In this document: positions 54,225-63,294 of the stretch, one piece after another
Layout of the letters: every line of letters starts with the position of its first letter
Numbering within the stretch: the stretch's first letter is position 1
DNA from: a virus
DNA: 64,000 nucleotides
IMG/VR virus record: IMGVR_UViG_3300042691_015370
Coordinates: 64,001 to 128,000 of that record
Strand: one strand, 5' to 3'
Translations under genes and position numbers: made by a program
The notes under the pieces: model-generated
Databases searched by the model: none
What the model saw: only the letters and a program-made list of their open reading frames with translations
Told to the model about the DNA's origin: nothing

Positions 54225-56252
54225 TCAAATAATTGAACAGACGTCCGAATCGCAGAACTTGTCGCCCTCGGCCTCAATACCAACCTTGTACAGATTGCCA
54301 AGAGACTTGTAGGACTTCATCTTCTTTTCGATTTCCTTCTCGGTTAGATCCAGCTTCTCGTATGGCTGCTGAGGATATGTAGCCTCTTCACCCAATGGAA
54401 GGAACGACACACCCTTGAACTGACCATCCTTGGAAGCAAGTAGTGGCAGAAGCTGATCAGCCTCATCCGGCAAGAATGTGATAGTTGCAGATACCTGATT
54501 ATCAGCCCAGTAGCGCTGCATCATCGCCGCAAGCTCTGCCTTTTCCCAAATGGTTACGTTACGCTCATCACGAACATCTGGACCCTTCGTGATAAAAGTA
54601 GCGACCACAGTGTTTTCTGGATCTCCCTGTGCAGGTTCGATATCATAGCCAGCCTTCTTTAGATGCTCTACAATAGGGTTGTTGACTGAATAGCGGACAC
54701 GCCGAATGTAATGACCTGAAGCTGTGGGCCAGTGAACACCCGGAGTGACACCAGCAACGAGCGACACCGTACCTGAAGGCTTGATGGAAGTCTTCTTGAT
54801 CGACTCACGTACAGCCAGCCACTCAGAGTACTTCTGGTCACGATGCTCAATGAACTTGTAGCCCTCATCGGCCCATGAACGAAGCTCAGCCCAGCCCTTG
54901 GTTTCCACGAACTGTGCAAGACCAGAGATGGAACATCCGATACGACGGTTACGGGCCATGACCTCGTTGGAGTCAGCCCACTTGGTCGGGAGCAGCGTCA
55001 CAGCCTTGCCGTAGAGGTAAGCGTGCTTGAGCGACTCTCTGAAATCCTCATAATCCGAGTGCTTGCTCGGGAAAACCTCAACGAGAGTACATAGCTCCTT
55101 GTCCTCCAGCGACTGCTCAAGGCAAGGGTTACCGCCAGCTACACGCCAATCCTTGTCGTTACGAGGATCAACAAGGCGACCATGGCTGCGAGCAAGATCC
55201 AACCACATGAACCCCGGCTCACCATTTGTCAGAATACCGTCCACCATGGGACCATAGTTATCCCCTTCGCTGACGAAGACAGAGTTGTTGGAGTTCCAAG
55301 CCCACCCGGTGTCAGGGTCGGTGCGCTCAGCGTTCTCGGGAAGGTTCCAGTTCTTGGCATTTACATAGTCGGTATCAGTTGGGTCACCGAAGCAGATTTG
55401 GGCTGAACGTCTGGCTCCACCGGCCACTACCGCTTTACCGATCTTGTTCATGATATCCAGAATGTCTCTGGAGGTGATGAGTTCACCCTCTCTCTTCCCT
55501 AGCTGGGAACAAAGGCTCTCATGTAATGTCATCAGTGGACCGGGACCGGAGGCCCTCCCGCCGAATCTTTTCAGTCTACTCCCAGCAGGACGCACTTCCG
55601 AGTAATCAAACTCTACCGTTGGACGATTCTTGAAAAAGTACGACTCTAGTAGTTTTCCGACCGACTCAGCCCACCCTTCACGGTTATCGGGCACCACAAA
55701 GACCTCTACCTTGTCTGGATTAGGCTCATGTAGCGTTATATTGCCCTCTCCCTTGAGATCGTAGCCTACCCCTACTCCCCACATGGACATCTCCATCATG
55801 CGTGTAAAGGGCAGTGTGGCTTCCTCAGCGGAATGTGAGGAAAGCTTGGCTGTAGAGAGAAAAGCGCAATTCTGAAGAGCCGACGAATGTTGCTCTTCGT
55901 GTACGATTGGGCGTCCCATGTGTTGTAGTCCCCGACCGGGTGGCATCCACTTGAAGTGGTACATGCGATCGTAGGCATCTTTGGCTGAGGCGAGAGCTTT
56001 GAAGTCGTTCCATGGGGTGCGGTTACGTTTGCAGTGATCTTTGAGGATACTGTAGTAACCTTCGATGCATCTACGGACTGTTTCGTGCCAGCGTTCTTTG
56101 GTTCCGTCTTCTTTGAGGGCAGAGTATTTGTCTACATAGATGAGTTCTGACAGAGATTGTCCCCCGCCGATAGGAAATCCCCAATCTGGTGTCTTTTCTG
56201 CGTATCCTTCGATGAATGTATCGGGTAGTCGGAATGAGAGCAGATCAGACAT
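54225..56252 (-). CDS. nrdJ: Class II (adenosylcobalamin-dependent, monomeric-type) ribonucleotide reductase
   Basis: PPGRGL, LQNCAF, GNPCLEQ, ELCTLVE, TSIKPSGTVS, C-terminal FCDSDVC. Confidence 0.92.
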   Translation of the reverse strand: MSDLLSFRLPDTFIEGYAEKTPDWGFPIGGGQSLSELIYVDKYSALKEDGTKERWHETVRRCIEGYYSILKDHCKRNRTPWNDFKALASAKDAYDRMYHFKWMPPGRGLQHMGRPIVHEEQHSSALQNCAFLSTAKLSSHSAEEATLPFTRMMEMSMWGVGVGYDLKGEGNITLHEPNPDKVEVFVVPDNREGWAESVGKLLESYFFKNRPTVEFDYSEVRPAGSRLKRFGGRASGPGPLMTLHESLCSQLGKREGELITSRDILDIMNKIGKAVVAGGARRSAQICFGDPTDTDYVNAKNWNLPENAERTDPDTGWAWNSNNSVFVSEGDNYGPMVDGILTNGEPGFMWLDLARSHGRLVDPRNDKDWRVAGGNPCLEQSLEDKELCTLVEVFPSKHSDYEDFRESLKHAYLYGKAVTLLPTKWADSNEVMARNRRIGCSISGLAQFVETKGWAELRSWADEGYKFIEHRDQKYSEWLAVRESIKKTSIKPSGTVSLVAGVTPGVHWPTASGHYIRRVRYSVNNPIVEHLKKAGYDIEPAQGDPENTVVATFITKGPDVRDERNVTIWEKAELAAMMQRYWADNQVSATITFLPDEADQLLPLLASKDGQFKGVSFLPLGEEATYPQQPYEKLDLTEKEIEKKMKSYKSLGNLYKVGIEAEGDKFCDSDVCSII

Positions 56253-56339
56253 GGTGCCTCCAGAAAGGGCGTGAGCTTTGACTAAATAAGGAACGGCCGA
56301 GAGAGGTTGAATTTTAACAGACCTCTTTTTTGTGAAAAG

Positions 56340-56504
56340 TTAAGGGTGCCGGGGATCTGGCAGAACTTGCGACTCTCGCATCGCTTTCTTGCAACCAGCC
56401 TTCATGCGAGAAGGATGCACCCAATACGGCAAGTCTGGGCGAATCTTGTCATCCAACCAGACACCTTTATGGCAAGCGGAACAAAGCCCATACTTGACCG
56501 TCAT
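56340..56504 (-). CDS. Small Cys/His protein (54 aa), not in ORF track
   Basis: MTVKYGLCSACHKGVWLDD...WVHPSRMKAGC..; ATGA-coupled to 56501..56740. Confidence 0.6.
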   Translation of the reverse strand: MTVKYGLCSACHKGVWLDDKIRPDLPYWVHPSRMKAGCKKAMRESQVLPDPRHP

Positions 56505-56740
56505 CTTCTTGCTAACCGCTCAGATCGTCTCTTTGCCACATTGATAACATCGGCATACTGTGCTTTTAGCATGTCTACATCATCTTTGCTGACATTGTTC
56601 ACTTCTAAAATGCCGCGACCTTTGTCATCACGGATAGAAATGACCCTTAAGTCCTCTTTCAGAGGAATGCGAGGATTGTAATGAGTTATCGAACATACAT
56701 CGTTGGCTTCAATGTATGAATTAGCAATCTTAACGAGCAT
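56501..56740 (-). CDS. Hypothetical protein
   Basis: Coupled small ORF; N-terminus resembles that of the neighbour (VKIANSYI vs IKLDDVLI). Confidence 0.6.
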   Translation of the reverse strand: MLVKIANSYIEANDVCSITHYNPRIPLKEDLRVISIRDDKGRGILEVNNVSKDDVDMLKAQYADVINVAKRRSERLARR

Positions 56741-56975
56741 CGATCGTTACCTTGTAGCCGATTTCATCAAGAATAAGATTCAACAAATCCTGCATCTCCA
56801 CAGGAGTATCGAACTGACGAGTCCACATCAAGGTGTTATCACTTGTCCTGATGTCCAATACACATCTTTCCCCCGGAAGTAGTGTATATCGATCCCGCCC
56901 AATAGTATGAGCGTACATAAAAGCAATAAAATCTGGATTGATCAGAACGTCATCTAACTTAATGAACCTTCTCAT
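56730..56975 (-). CDS. Hypothetical protein
   Basis: Start MRRFIKL, ATGA-coupled to sigma gene. Confidence 0.6.
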   Translation of the reverse strand: MRRFIKLDDVLINPDFIAFMYAHTIGRDRYTLLPGERCVLDIRTSDNTLMWTRQFDTPVEMQDLLNLILDEIGYKVTIDAR

Positions 56976-57703
56976 GCTAAACAATGCTCCCAAATACTAG
57001 AAAGGGCTGAAGTGTGGATCTGGCAGGTACGTGATTCAGTAACACCCATGAGATCGCCAATCTCACGTAAAGAAAGATCTTGTACATAGTACAGGCTGAG
57101 GACGGTGCGGGATTCGTCGTTCATTTCACCGAACGCGGCGATCAGCTTACCTTTAATCTCAGAATAATCCTCAGTGACAACGTTTTGATCTGGAATGATG
57201 TCTGAAAGAGAGAACTTAGTTCCATTGATGTTTACAAGGTCATCTAAGTTGGACATAGTGGCAGAAGAGGTTTCCCCGGCGATCTGATACACCTCTTCAA
57301 CATCCCACCCCAAAAGCTGTGCCACTTCTTCTTTGGTTGGTTCTCTGTTGAGTTCGGAAGAAAGTTTCTGTGTGGCCTTTTCGACCTCTTTGGACTTTGA
57401 CCTCAGTGATCTGGGTGCCCAGTCTGCTCCACGAAGCTTGTCGAGGATTTCGCCCCTGATTCTGAAAGAGGCATAGGTTTCAAACTTGTAGCCGAATGAG
57501 TTATCAAACTTTGTGATCGCATCAATGAGTCCAAACATTCCGTCTGAGATGAGATCATCAAGCTCAATGTGTTTCGGAAGCTGTTTTGCAATAGACTTGG
57601 CATTCGCAACAACGATAGGCTCATATGCTACCATGATCTTACCCATCAACTCTTTGGATGGGTTTTCTCTATACTGGTTCAGTAGATCTGCTCTGTCATT
57701 CAT
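56972..57703 (-). CDS. RNA polymerase sigma factor, FliA/WhiG (sigma28) family
   Basis: DDLISDGMFGLIDAITKFD, KFETYASFRIRGEILDKLRGADWAPRSLR, region 4 LSLREIGDLMGVTESRTCQIH. Confidence 0.93.
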   Translation of the reverse strand: MNDRADLLNQYRENPSKELMGKIMVAYEPIVVANAKSIAKQLPKHIELDDLISDGMFGLIDAITKFDNSFGYKFETYASFRIRGEILDKLRGADWAPRSLRSKSKEVEKATQKLSSELNREPTKEEVAQLLGWDVEEVYQIAGETSSATMSNLDDLVNINGTKFSLSDIIPDQNVVTEDYSEIKGKLIAAFGEMNDESRTVLSLYYVQDLSLREIGDLMGVTESRTCQIHTSALSSIWEHCLA

Positions 57704-57906
57704 TTGACAGTCCATGCCTTGTAAAAGTACCTAGAACTACCATCAAATGGAAAGGCATCACCATTCGGATACATTTCCAAATGGTCTTTAGTGTAGTCAA
57801 GTACACATAGGTCTGCATCATGACGAGAAGCAAAAACGCCTAGGACTGAAAGTCCATCGTCATAGCCACCATCTCGAAAAACTAGATAAACTTCTTCACC
57901 CTTCAT
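57700..57906 (-). CDS. Small hypothetical phage protein
   Basis: Start MKGEEVYLVF; VYLV...GYDD...VLGVFAS...A pattern common in small phage proteins. Confidence 0.6.
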   Translation of the reverse strand: MKGEEVYLVFRDGGYDDGLSVLGVFASRHDADLCVLDYTKDHLEMYPNGDAFPFDGSSRYFYKAWTVK

Positions 57907-58177
57907 TAAATACCTCTTTTTGTACACGTTCCAAAAGTTCACGAGCAGTGTCCATATAAAGACCATGATCCAAGGCTTCGTTGATAGCTTCACGAAGCTC
58001 TTGCTTATGCAACGAATCTATTAATTTTTCAGCTTCATTAGGAAGAATAATATGACCTTCTAACCTTAAAGAAATGCTTTCTTCAGGTATCCATGTATCT
58101 AAATACCAATCCATACTATCTTCGTTGATGATAAGAGCAAGTATTTCTTCAGCAGTAATAGTCATCATTTCCTCCAA
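57896..58177 (-). CDS. Hypothetical protein
   Basis: Coupled ORF. Confidence 0.55.
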   Translation of the reverse strand: MEEMMTITAEEILALIINEDSMDWYLDTWIPEESISLRLEGHIILPNEAEKLIDSLHKQELREAINEALDHGLYMDTARELLERVQKEVFNEG

Positions 58178-58533
58178 GCCTTAATTTTCTTTCGTGCTCT
58201 GATTTTCTTATCGTTGGCTAGTCGATTCAACTGACGCTGAGTGAGAATTTCAGGCTCTTGCTTAGATCTATTCATGGCAAGAAATTCATTTGCAAATTCC
58301 TGTAAACTTAGATCTTCAAAATCCTTGTGCATCTGATGTAACGCAATGTGACAACTATCACACAATGGAACCAAGTCTTCAAACCTCTCATCGCCAAGTC
58401 TATCATATGTTGCATGATGTAAATGCAAAGATTCCTTTGAACCACAAGATCTACACACCTTAGGATGAGCACGCCAAAATGCACTCTTCTTTCTTTTCCA
58501 CTTGTCTGATTTGATATAAGTGGCGTAATCCAT
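58165..58533 (-). CDS. HNH endonuclease
   Basis: YIKSDKW, CRSCG, LHLHHATY, DLVPLCDSCH. Confidence 0.85.
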   Translation of the reverse strand: MDYATYIKSDKWKRKKSAFWRAHPKVCRSCGSKESLHLHHATYDRLGDERFEDLVPLCDSCHIALHQMHKDFEDLSLQEFANEFLAMNRSKQEPEILTQRQLNRLANDKKIRARKKIKAWRK

Positions 58534-58554
58534 GAAAACCCGCTCTTAAGTTTT

Positions 58555-59020
58555 GGCCGAGTTTGGGCTTGGTAAAATCTGGCTCGTTCATCATAACTCA
58601 AGGAGATCGCTGCCAGAAGATAACCGGGCAAGGCCCGATGACATTAACAGCAAGGCTCTGAATGGGTGGGTTCATCCGTTATCGATACCTGAGAAGAAAT
58701 TCCCTAACGAGGACTAGCTGTGTTGCTGCGATCGAAAGACCAGTATACCAGCCTCAACAGGGTGTGAGTAGAAGGCTCACCGAAGGCGCTGTACCGGCAG
58801 TTAAACCGGGGAGGATGATGATCTAAGAGATTAGATCATTGGTGTTCTAGAGTTACTTGTCCTAACCAGATATTGGGAGTTAGGCCCATAGAGATCCACT
58901 GAGATGATCTCAACTCTTTCCCTTCTCAGGCGAAAGGGAAGGAACCTCTATGCCAAAAACAAGATTCTCTCCTTTAACTTAAGAGGCGACCGTTATTTGG
59001 TAAAGTACGACGGTCGCTCG
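58555..59020 (+). ncRNA. Candidate structured non-coding RNA / regulatory region
   Basis: About eight consecutive hairpins, a GAGA tetraloop, G-U pairs favouring the + strand, and a 9-nt long-range complement (58688-58696 / 58922-58930). Confidence 0.4.
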
Positions 59021-59035
59021 ACGGAGAAGCAGCAC

Positions 59036-60388
59036 ATGACAGCACCCAAGGGAGTTTCAGACCACCCAGCCAGAGAACAGATGGAAGCGATTTGGCGTGA
59101 AGGTGGTCGAGCCAAAGAGATTGTTGAATGGCTGGAAGCTGAAGGCTTGCCGGTTTTGAAGCAGACAACAATCGCTCGCTACGGTCAGCGATACTGGACC
59201 GAGAAGTTCAAAATCAACGTCAACCCAGTACATTCCGAAGATCTCTCGTACATGATTGACGAGATTGAACAAGCCGGTCTTGGCAAGGTGACAAAGATTG
59301 GCTTCTCCAAGAAGAGATACCCCGGCTGGGACAAAGAAGACGGTGTATCAATTCCTGTAGAGAAAGAATCTGTCTCTCAGACAATTGAAGTGGTGCCGCA
59401 GAACATTCCGCAGTTCGATCTCGGCACAGTTGGAAGTTTCAAGATCAAGGTTACGAAAGCGGATCGTGAACCCAAAGCGACGGGTTTCAAAACCATGATC
59501 GTGATTCCAGACCAGCAGTTTGGATATCATCTTGATGTAGATGGTGAGCGAACGACGACTCACGACGAAGCTGCCATCGATGTTGTGTATCAAGTCATAG
59601 GATACATGCAACAGAAATATGGGGTTGACACAATAGTGAATCTGGGAGATGCTCTGGACCTCCCCGGATTCTCCAACCACCGCTCGGCTCCCGGCTTCAT
59701 GGGACCGGCTCCTGTGCAGCTAGCTATCGACCGCTACACAACCGAGGTTGCGATCCAGCGGGAACTTGCGCCAGATGCCGATATCATCGCCTTCTTCGGC
59801 AACCACGAGGATCGCCTGAACAACTCGCTCGTTGACAAGCTACCCGGTTTGCACGGGATTTCCCGAGGCAACGAACGACGCCCAGTTTTGTCCATAGCGA
59901 GTTTATGTCGATTTGACGAGTACGACATCACAGCCATCGACACCTATCCAGATGGCGAGTACTGGGCGAATGACTACCTGCGATTTGTGCATGGTAGCGT
60001 TGTCTCATCTGCACTCGGTGGAACCGCTGCGAAGTATCTAGCCAAGTCGCACGTTTCAACCGTGTACGGCCACATTCACCGACAAGAGTTCCTGATGGCT
60101 CAGGTTGAAAATCGTGACAACACAACCATTTTTGCTGGCTCACCGGGATGCCTGTGTCGTCTAGATGGTGTTCTGCCATCATCTCGCACAGGAGTCTCAC
60201 CAAGAGGCGGTCAGGCCGGTATAGCAAGGGAAAAGTGGCAGCACGGTCTGTTCATTATCAACTATGAACCAGAAGGCCAGCAGAGAGCTTTTTGTAGTCC
60301 TCTTTTTATCAATAACGGCGCAACCGTTCTAGATAATAGACTATTCACCGCTACCGTTACACCCAACGGACAAGCTCTCAAGAACTGA
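59036..60388 (+). CDS. Calcineurin-like metallophosphoesterase with N-terminal extension
   Basis: PDQQFG, LGDALD, GNHE, FVHG, GHIH motifs; likely start MTAPKG after GGAG RBS. Confidence 0.85.
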   Translation: MTAPKGVSDHPAREQMEAIWREGGRAKEIVEWLEAEGLPVLKQTTIARYGQRYWTEKFKINVNPVHSEDLSYMIDEIEQAGLGKVTKIGFSKKRYPGWDKEDGVSIPVEKESVSQTIEVVPQNIPQFDLGTVGSFKIKVTKADREPKATGFKTMIVIPDQQFGYHLDVDGERTTTHDEAAIDVVYQVIGYMQQKYGVDTIVNLGDALDLPGFSNHRSAPGFMGPAPVQLAIDRYTTEVAIQRELAPDADIIAFFGNHEDRLNNSLVDKLPGLHGISRGNERRPVLSIASLCRFDEYDITAIDTYPDGEYWANDYLRFVHGSVVSSALGGTAAKYLAKSHVSTVYGHIHRQEFLMAQVENRDNTTIFAGSPGCLCRLDGVLPSSRTGVSPRGGQAGIAREKWQHGLFIINYEPEGQQRAFCSPLFINNGATVLDNRLFTATVTPNGQALKN

Positions 60389-60395
60389 GGTCGTT

Positions 60396-60671
60396 ATGGA
60401 AGATCTAGAACCAGAAGACGATCAATATCCAGAAGATGACATGATCACAGAAATGCCAGATCTTCAGATCATCACACTTGTATTCGACAATAGTACGGGC
60501 GACATCCCAAGTCTTGATCTCGGTAACGTAAGTCCGTTTGTGGCGATCACTCTGCTACAATCGGCAATAAATACCTTGGAGATGTTGATTCCGCCAGTCG
60601 ATGTGAGCTATAAAGGGCGGGTCGTCTGTTCCTCGTCATTTGAGATCATTGATGATGATTGTGACGACTAA
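60396..60671 (+). CDS. Acidic hypothetical protein
   Basis: GAGG RBS, directly after phosphoesterase. Confidence 0.65.
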   Translation: MEDLEPEDDQYPEDDMITEMPDLQIITLVFDNSTGDIPSLDLGNVSPFVAITLLQSAINTLEMLIPPVDVSYKGRVVCSSSFEIIDDDCDD

Positions 60672-60676
60672 ATAAA

Positions 60677-60714
60677 TGAGTTGCATACAACCGATATTGT
60701 AAGTATGCAACTCA
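60677..60714. repeat. Perfect 12-bp inverted repeat TGAGTTGCATAC-N14-GTATGCAACTCA
   Basis: Read directly from sequence. Confidence 0.8.
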
Positions 60715-60855
60715 ACCACGACTATATTATATTGGGCAAAAAGGGAAGCTAACCGGAAATTCTCCTAGAAACCATCAGGCAGATGGGGGACAGGAATTGG
60801 AAGGAACTGAGCAAACTTTTTAGCCGTTGTAACGATATTTTTTAATTGCATGAAC

Positions 60856-60893
60856 CCCGAAGCCCCGGCACCTTTACTAGTCGGGGCTTCGGG
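60856..60893. terminator. Hairpin terminator between convergent gene blocks
   Basis: CCCGAAGCCCCG...CGGGGCTTCGGG 12-bp stem just after the stop of 60897..61067. Confidence 0.65.
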
Positions 60894-60896
60894 CGT

Positions 60897-61067
60897 TTAG
60901 AGCCACTGATTAGCTTGCTCTGCCTCTTCGAAGCGATCCTGATGCGTATAGAGATCGTTCCAGCAGTCAACACACAGACCGGGTGTCTTTGACATGGCGT
61001 AATCAATCTCGCCACACTCCAAGCAACACTCGTCTTCATCTAACCAATCTTCAAAATCTCTAGCCAC
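60897..61067 (-). CDS. Small zinc-ribbon protein (56 aa), not in ORF track
   Basis: GTG start with GAGG; MARDFEDWLDEDECCLECGE...GLCVDCW. Confidence 0.65.
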   Translation of the reverse strand: MARDFEDWLDEDECCLECGEIDYAMSKTPGLCVDCWNDLYTHQDRFEEAEQANQWL

Positions 61068-61079
61068 CTCAGGCCCTTC

Positions 61080-61478
61080 CTATAAACGAATGAGTAAAGC
61101 GGTGTCATCAAGAGCACCTGCTTCAGTCTCCAGAACGTAGGAGTACGCCTCTGGAGAGAAAAGTGGCTGATCGTATCCAGCCTGATAGGTTCCTCGTTTG
61201 ATCAAGGAACCATCGTGGCGGTACCAGCCAATATCAAGATCCATCATCATGTTGTTCATGGTGAATGGAGTGTAAGATGGACGCTCGTAGACAAAGAGCA
61301 TCCCGTCAAGATCAATGTAAGCAATGTCATTCAAACCCATTGCTCGTTCTTGTGCAGAGATGGCAACATAGACCTCTAGTATTCTTCCATCAACCAGAGG
61401 CAAGTCTATGACGTTTTTATTGAGAAGAATGTTCGCCGTCTCTGTGAGGGCATTCATTCTAGATTGCCAATCGCTCAT
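61080..61478 (-). CDS. DUF192-like protein
   Basis: EVYVA.S..ERAMGL...GMLFVY...FTMNN...DLDIGW...YVLETEAG. Confidence 0.8.
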   Translation of the reverse strand: MSDWQSRMNALTETANILLNKNVIDLPLVDGRILEVYVAISAQERAMGLNDIAYIDLDGMLFVYERPSYTPFTMNNMMMDLDIGWYRHDGSLIKRGTYQAGYDQPLFSPEAYSYVLETEAGALDDTALLIRL

Positions 61479-61765
61479 GATATCGTATCGTCACTGCGGA
61501 CAAGCGAATACAATTGATCCTCATCCTGAAAAAGCATGACATTTATACCATCATCAACAATCAACGCATGATTGTCGGCAAAGACAAGCGAGTCCTCTAA
61601 CTCGTCATCACGATTTGGTTTCATCATCATATGATGCAATGATAATATGAAGTCACAATCGCATGATTGAGGGTCCGTTTTGGAGAAACGTACATCCGTT
61701 CCACACTTGAAACAGAAGAAACTGACTCCATCGTCTTCTTCTAACGTTAACTCTTCGCTAACCAT
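61475..61765 (-). CDS. Hypothetical protein with CxxC...CxC motif
   Basis: CFKCG...CDC. Confidence 0.55.
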   Translation of the reverse strand: MVSEELTLEEDDGVSFFCFKCGTDVRFSKTDPQSCDCDFILSLHHMMMKPNRDDELEDSLVFADNHALIVDDGINVMLFQDEDQLYSLVRSDDTIS

Positions 61766-61962
61766 CCCATTATTGTACTAGACCGCCAAACTTGTAGAAG
61801 TTAAGGAATTCTGAACCACGTTTGGACAAATGTCACAAGGGACCACTTGACTTTCGGTAGCTAATTTTGAGAGAATGGAAAAGTTCCACCGATCGGGTCA
61901 TATCCACCCGGCATGGGGGTAGTGGATCAGGAGGGCCAACGTCCACAACCAAAGGAAGAAAA

Positions 61963-62352
61963 GTGAACTCAACGCTCAAGAAACAGCGTTCAACTCAATT
62001 TGAGATGGAGTGTCGAAGGAAGCACGTCTTAGAGCGGCTTCAGGAAGGACCAAAGTCCATCCAAGATTTGTTTGGTGATACTGAATGGTCATACTCACAG
62101 GCCATCATCACCATTCGTAAAATGGTTCAAGATCACGAGATCTACCAAACTGGCAAAAATGGCAGAGAGGTCATTTACGCCATTCGTGAAGGCGACGAAT
62201 TCTCATACCCCGACTTTGAGAAACTGTCCCAGCACATCTCTCAGGGAGATACCGCAAGGATTGTAGGACTCCACTTGCTGGAAAACGACGGTTTCAAGAT
62301 TGACATTCGTTTTCCAAACGGTGATGAAGTCGAAGCTTTGCTAGTATCATAA
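61963..62352 (+). CDS. Winged-HTH protein
   Basis: GTG start after AAGGAAG; VLERLQEGPKSIQDL...YSQAIITIRKMVQDHEI...VIYAI. Confidence 0.65.
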   Translation: MNSTLKKQRSTQFEMECRRKHVLERLQEGPKSIQDLFGDTEWSYSQAIITIRKMVQDHEIYQTGKNGREVIYAIREGDEFSYPDFEKLSQHISQGDTARIVGLHLLENDGFKIDIRFPNGDEVEALLVS

Positions 62353-62372
62353 ACAATCAAGCCTTCCTCCCC

Positions 62373-62405
62373 AAAAGGACCCTGCCATTGCGGTGGGGTC
62401 CTTTT
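62373..62405 (+). terminator. Intrinsic terminator
   Basis: AAAAGGACCC...GGGTCCTTTT hairpin after wHTH gene. Confidence 0.7.
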
Positions 62406-62411
62406 GTGTGT

Positions 62412-62837
62412 ATGGCTGTCCGTAAATCCATAGAGGTATTTGCTATGGACTTTTGGGGTTGTGAGTTTGTTGAAGAGAATGCCGAACGTCTGGTGCCACA
62501 GTTCGCCAGCGGAATTGTGGACCTTGAAATGGATCTGCTAGGGCAAATTGTTGACACTAGGTACATCAGAGAAATAGCAATCAAGGATGCTGAACAGATA
62601 CAGGCACTCACGGCAGACATTGCTCGTCGGGGGATTCTGAATCCGGGCCTGCTGATTTATGACGATAAGAAGGTTCGGCTCAAGGACGGTAACCACAGGT
62701 ACGTCGCAGCCAAAAACCTCCAACTACGAACGTTCCCGGTGACGCTGGTACGAACCTCAAACATTCAGGCTCCCGGTGCCTCGCTGGAATTCGTCCTCCA
62801 CTACCTCCTAACTTGCCGTCACCCGAAGCTTTGCTAA
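62412..62837 (+). CDS. ParB/Srx N-terminal-domain protein (start uncertain)
   Basis: LTADIARRGILNP...LKDGNHRYVAA..L. Confidence 0.75.
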   Translation: MAVRKSIEVFAMDFWGCEFVEENAERLVPQFASGIVDLEMDLLGQIVDTRYIREIAIKDAEQIQALTADIARRGILNPGLLIYDDKKVRLKDGNHRYVAAKNLQLRTFPVTLVRTSNIQAPGASLEFVLHYLLTCRHPKLC

Positions 62838-62870
62838 ACTTGTCGCAACTACGACAAGCGGAGGGCCGGG

Positions 62871-63122
62871 ATGGTCGCCAGAAAAGGGAAAGAGTCTCCT
62901 TACCAGCCAAGCGGTGAGGTAGATCGTATTATCTCTTTAGGGGGAGGAACGTATGCCTACGTGTTTGACGCAAATGGTAAGACACATCACCTGCGACGTG
63001 ACTCCGATGCAATGGTTGCTGTCTGTAGAGAGGCTGATGCTGCAATGGGAGGCCGAATTAGCGCACAGCTTACGAGAATGGGTTGGACAGATGTTGTGGA
63101 GAGAATGAGCGAAGATGGCTGA
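62871..63122 (+). CDS. Hypothetical protein
   Basis: GGAGG RBS; coupled to next ORF. Confidence 0.6.
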   Translation: MVARKGKESPYQPSGEVDRIISLGGGTYAYVFDANGKTHHLRRDSDAMVAVCREADAAMGGRISAQLTRMGWTDVVERMSEDG

Positions 63123-63294
63123 CGAACCAGAGTACGTTGACACAATCTATCTCATTGAGCACGATGGTGATAACTTCCCGGCAACTGGTGATCAGGTATT
63201 AGCGTATATGACAAATGCACAGGATCTGAGTGGCTGCAAGGTTTCACGCTGGGAATATGATGCAGTATCTGAAACTTGGGATTGCCTTTCATGA
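63115..63294 (+). CDS. Small acidic hypothetical protein (59 aa), not in ORF track
   Basis: MADEPEYVDTIYLIEHDG...; overlaps the upstream stop and is ATGA-coupled to dCMP deaminase. Confidence 0.6.
   Translation: MADEPEYVDTIYLIEHDGDNFPATGDQVLAYMTNAQDLSGCKVSRWEYDAVSETWDCLS

Noticed and set aside
56253-56500. Possible cobalamin riboswitch upstream of B12-dependent nrdJ
   Set aside because: No B12-box consensus is recognisable, and most of the gap is explained by a coupled 54-aa ORF plus a simple hairpin.
58165-59020. HNH plus structured RNA as an IscB/HEARO-type element or group I intron
   Set aside because: The HNH is a 122-aa stand-alone domain with no RuvC or PLMP parts; no group I P/Q/R/S motifs or interrupted gene were seen. 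Kept only as an unclassified structured region.
58904-59035. N-terminal 44 codons of the 494-aa ORF
   Set aside because: They overlap the hairpin-rich region and lack an RBS; the ATG at 59036 has a GGAG RBS.
60705-60845. Short + strand frame with an internal TAA (possible pseudogene/readthrough)
   Set aside because: Only 15+30 codons, with no RBS or recognisable homology; not supportable.
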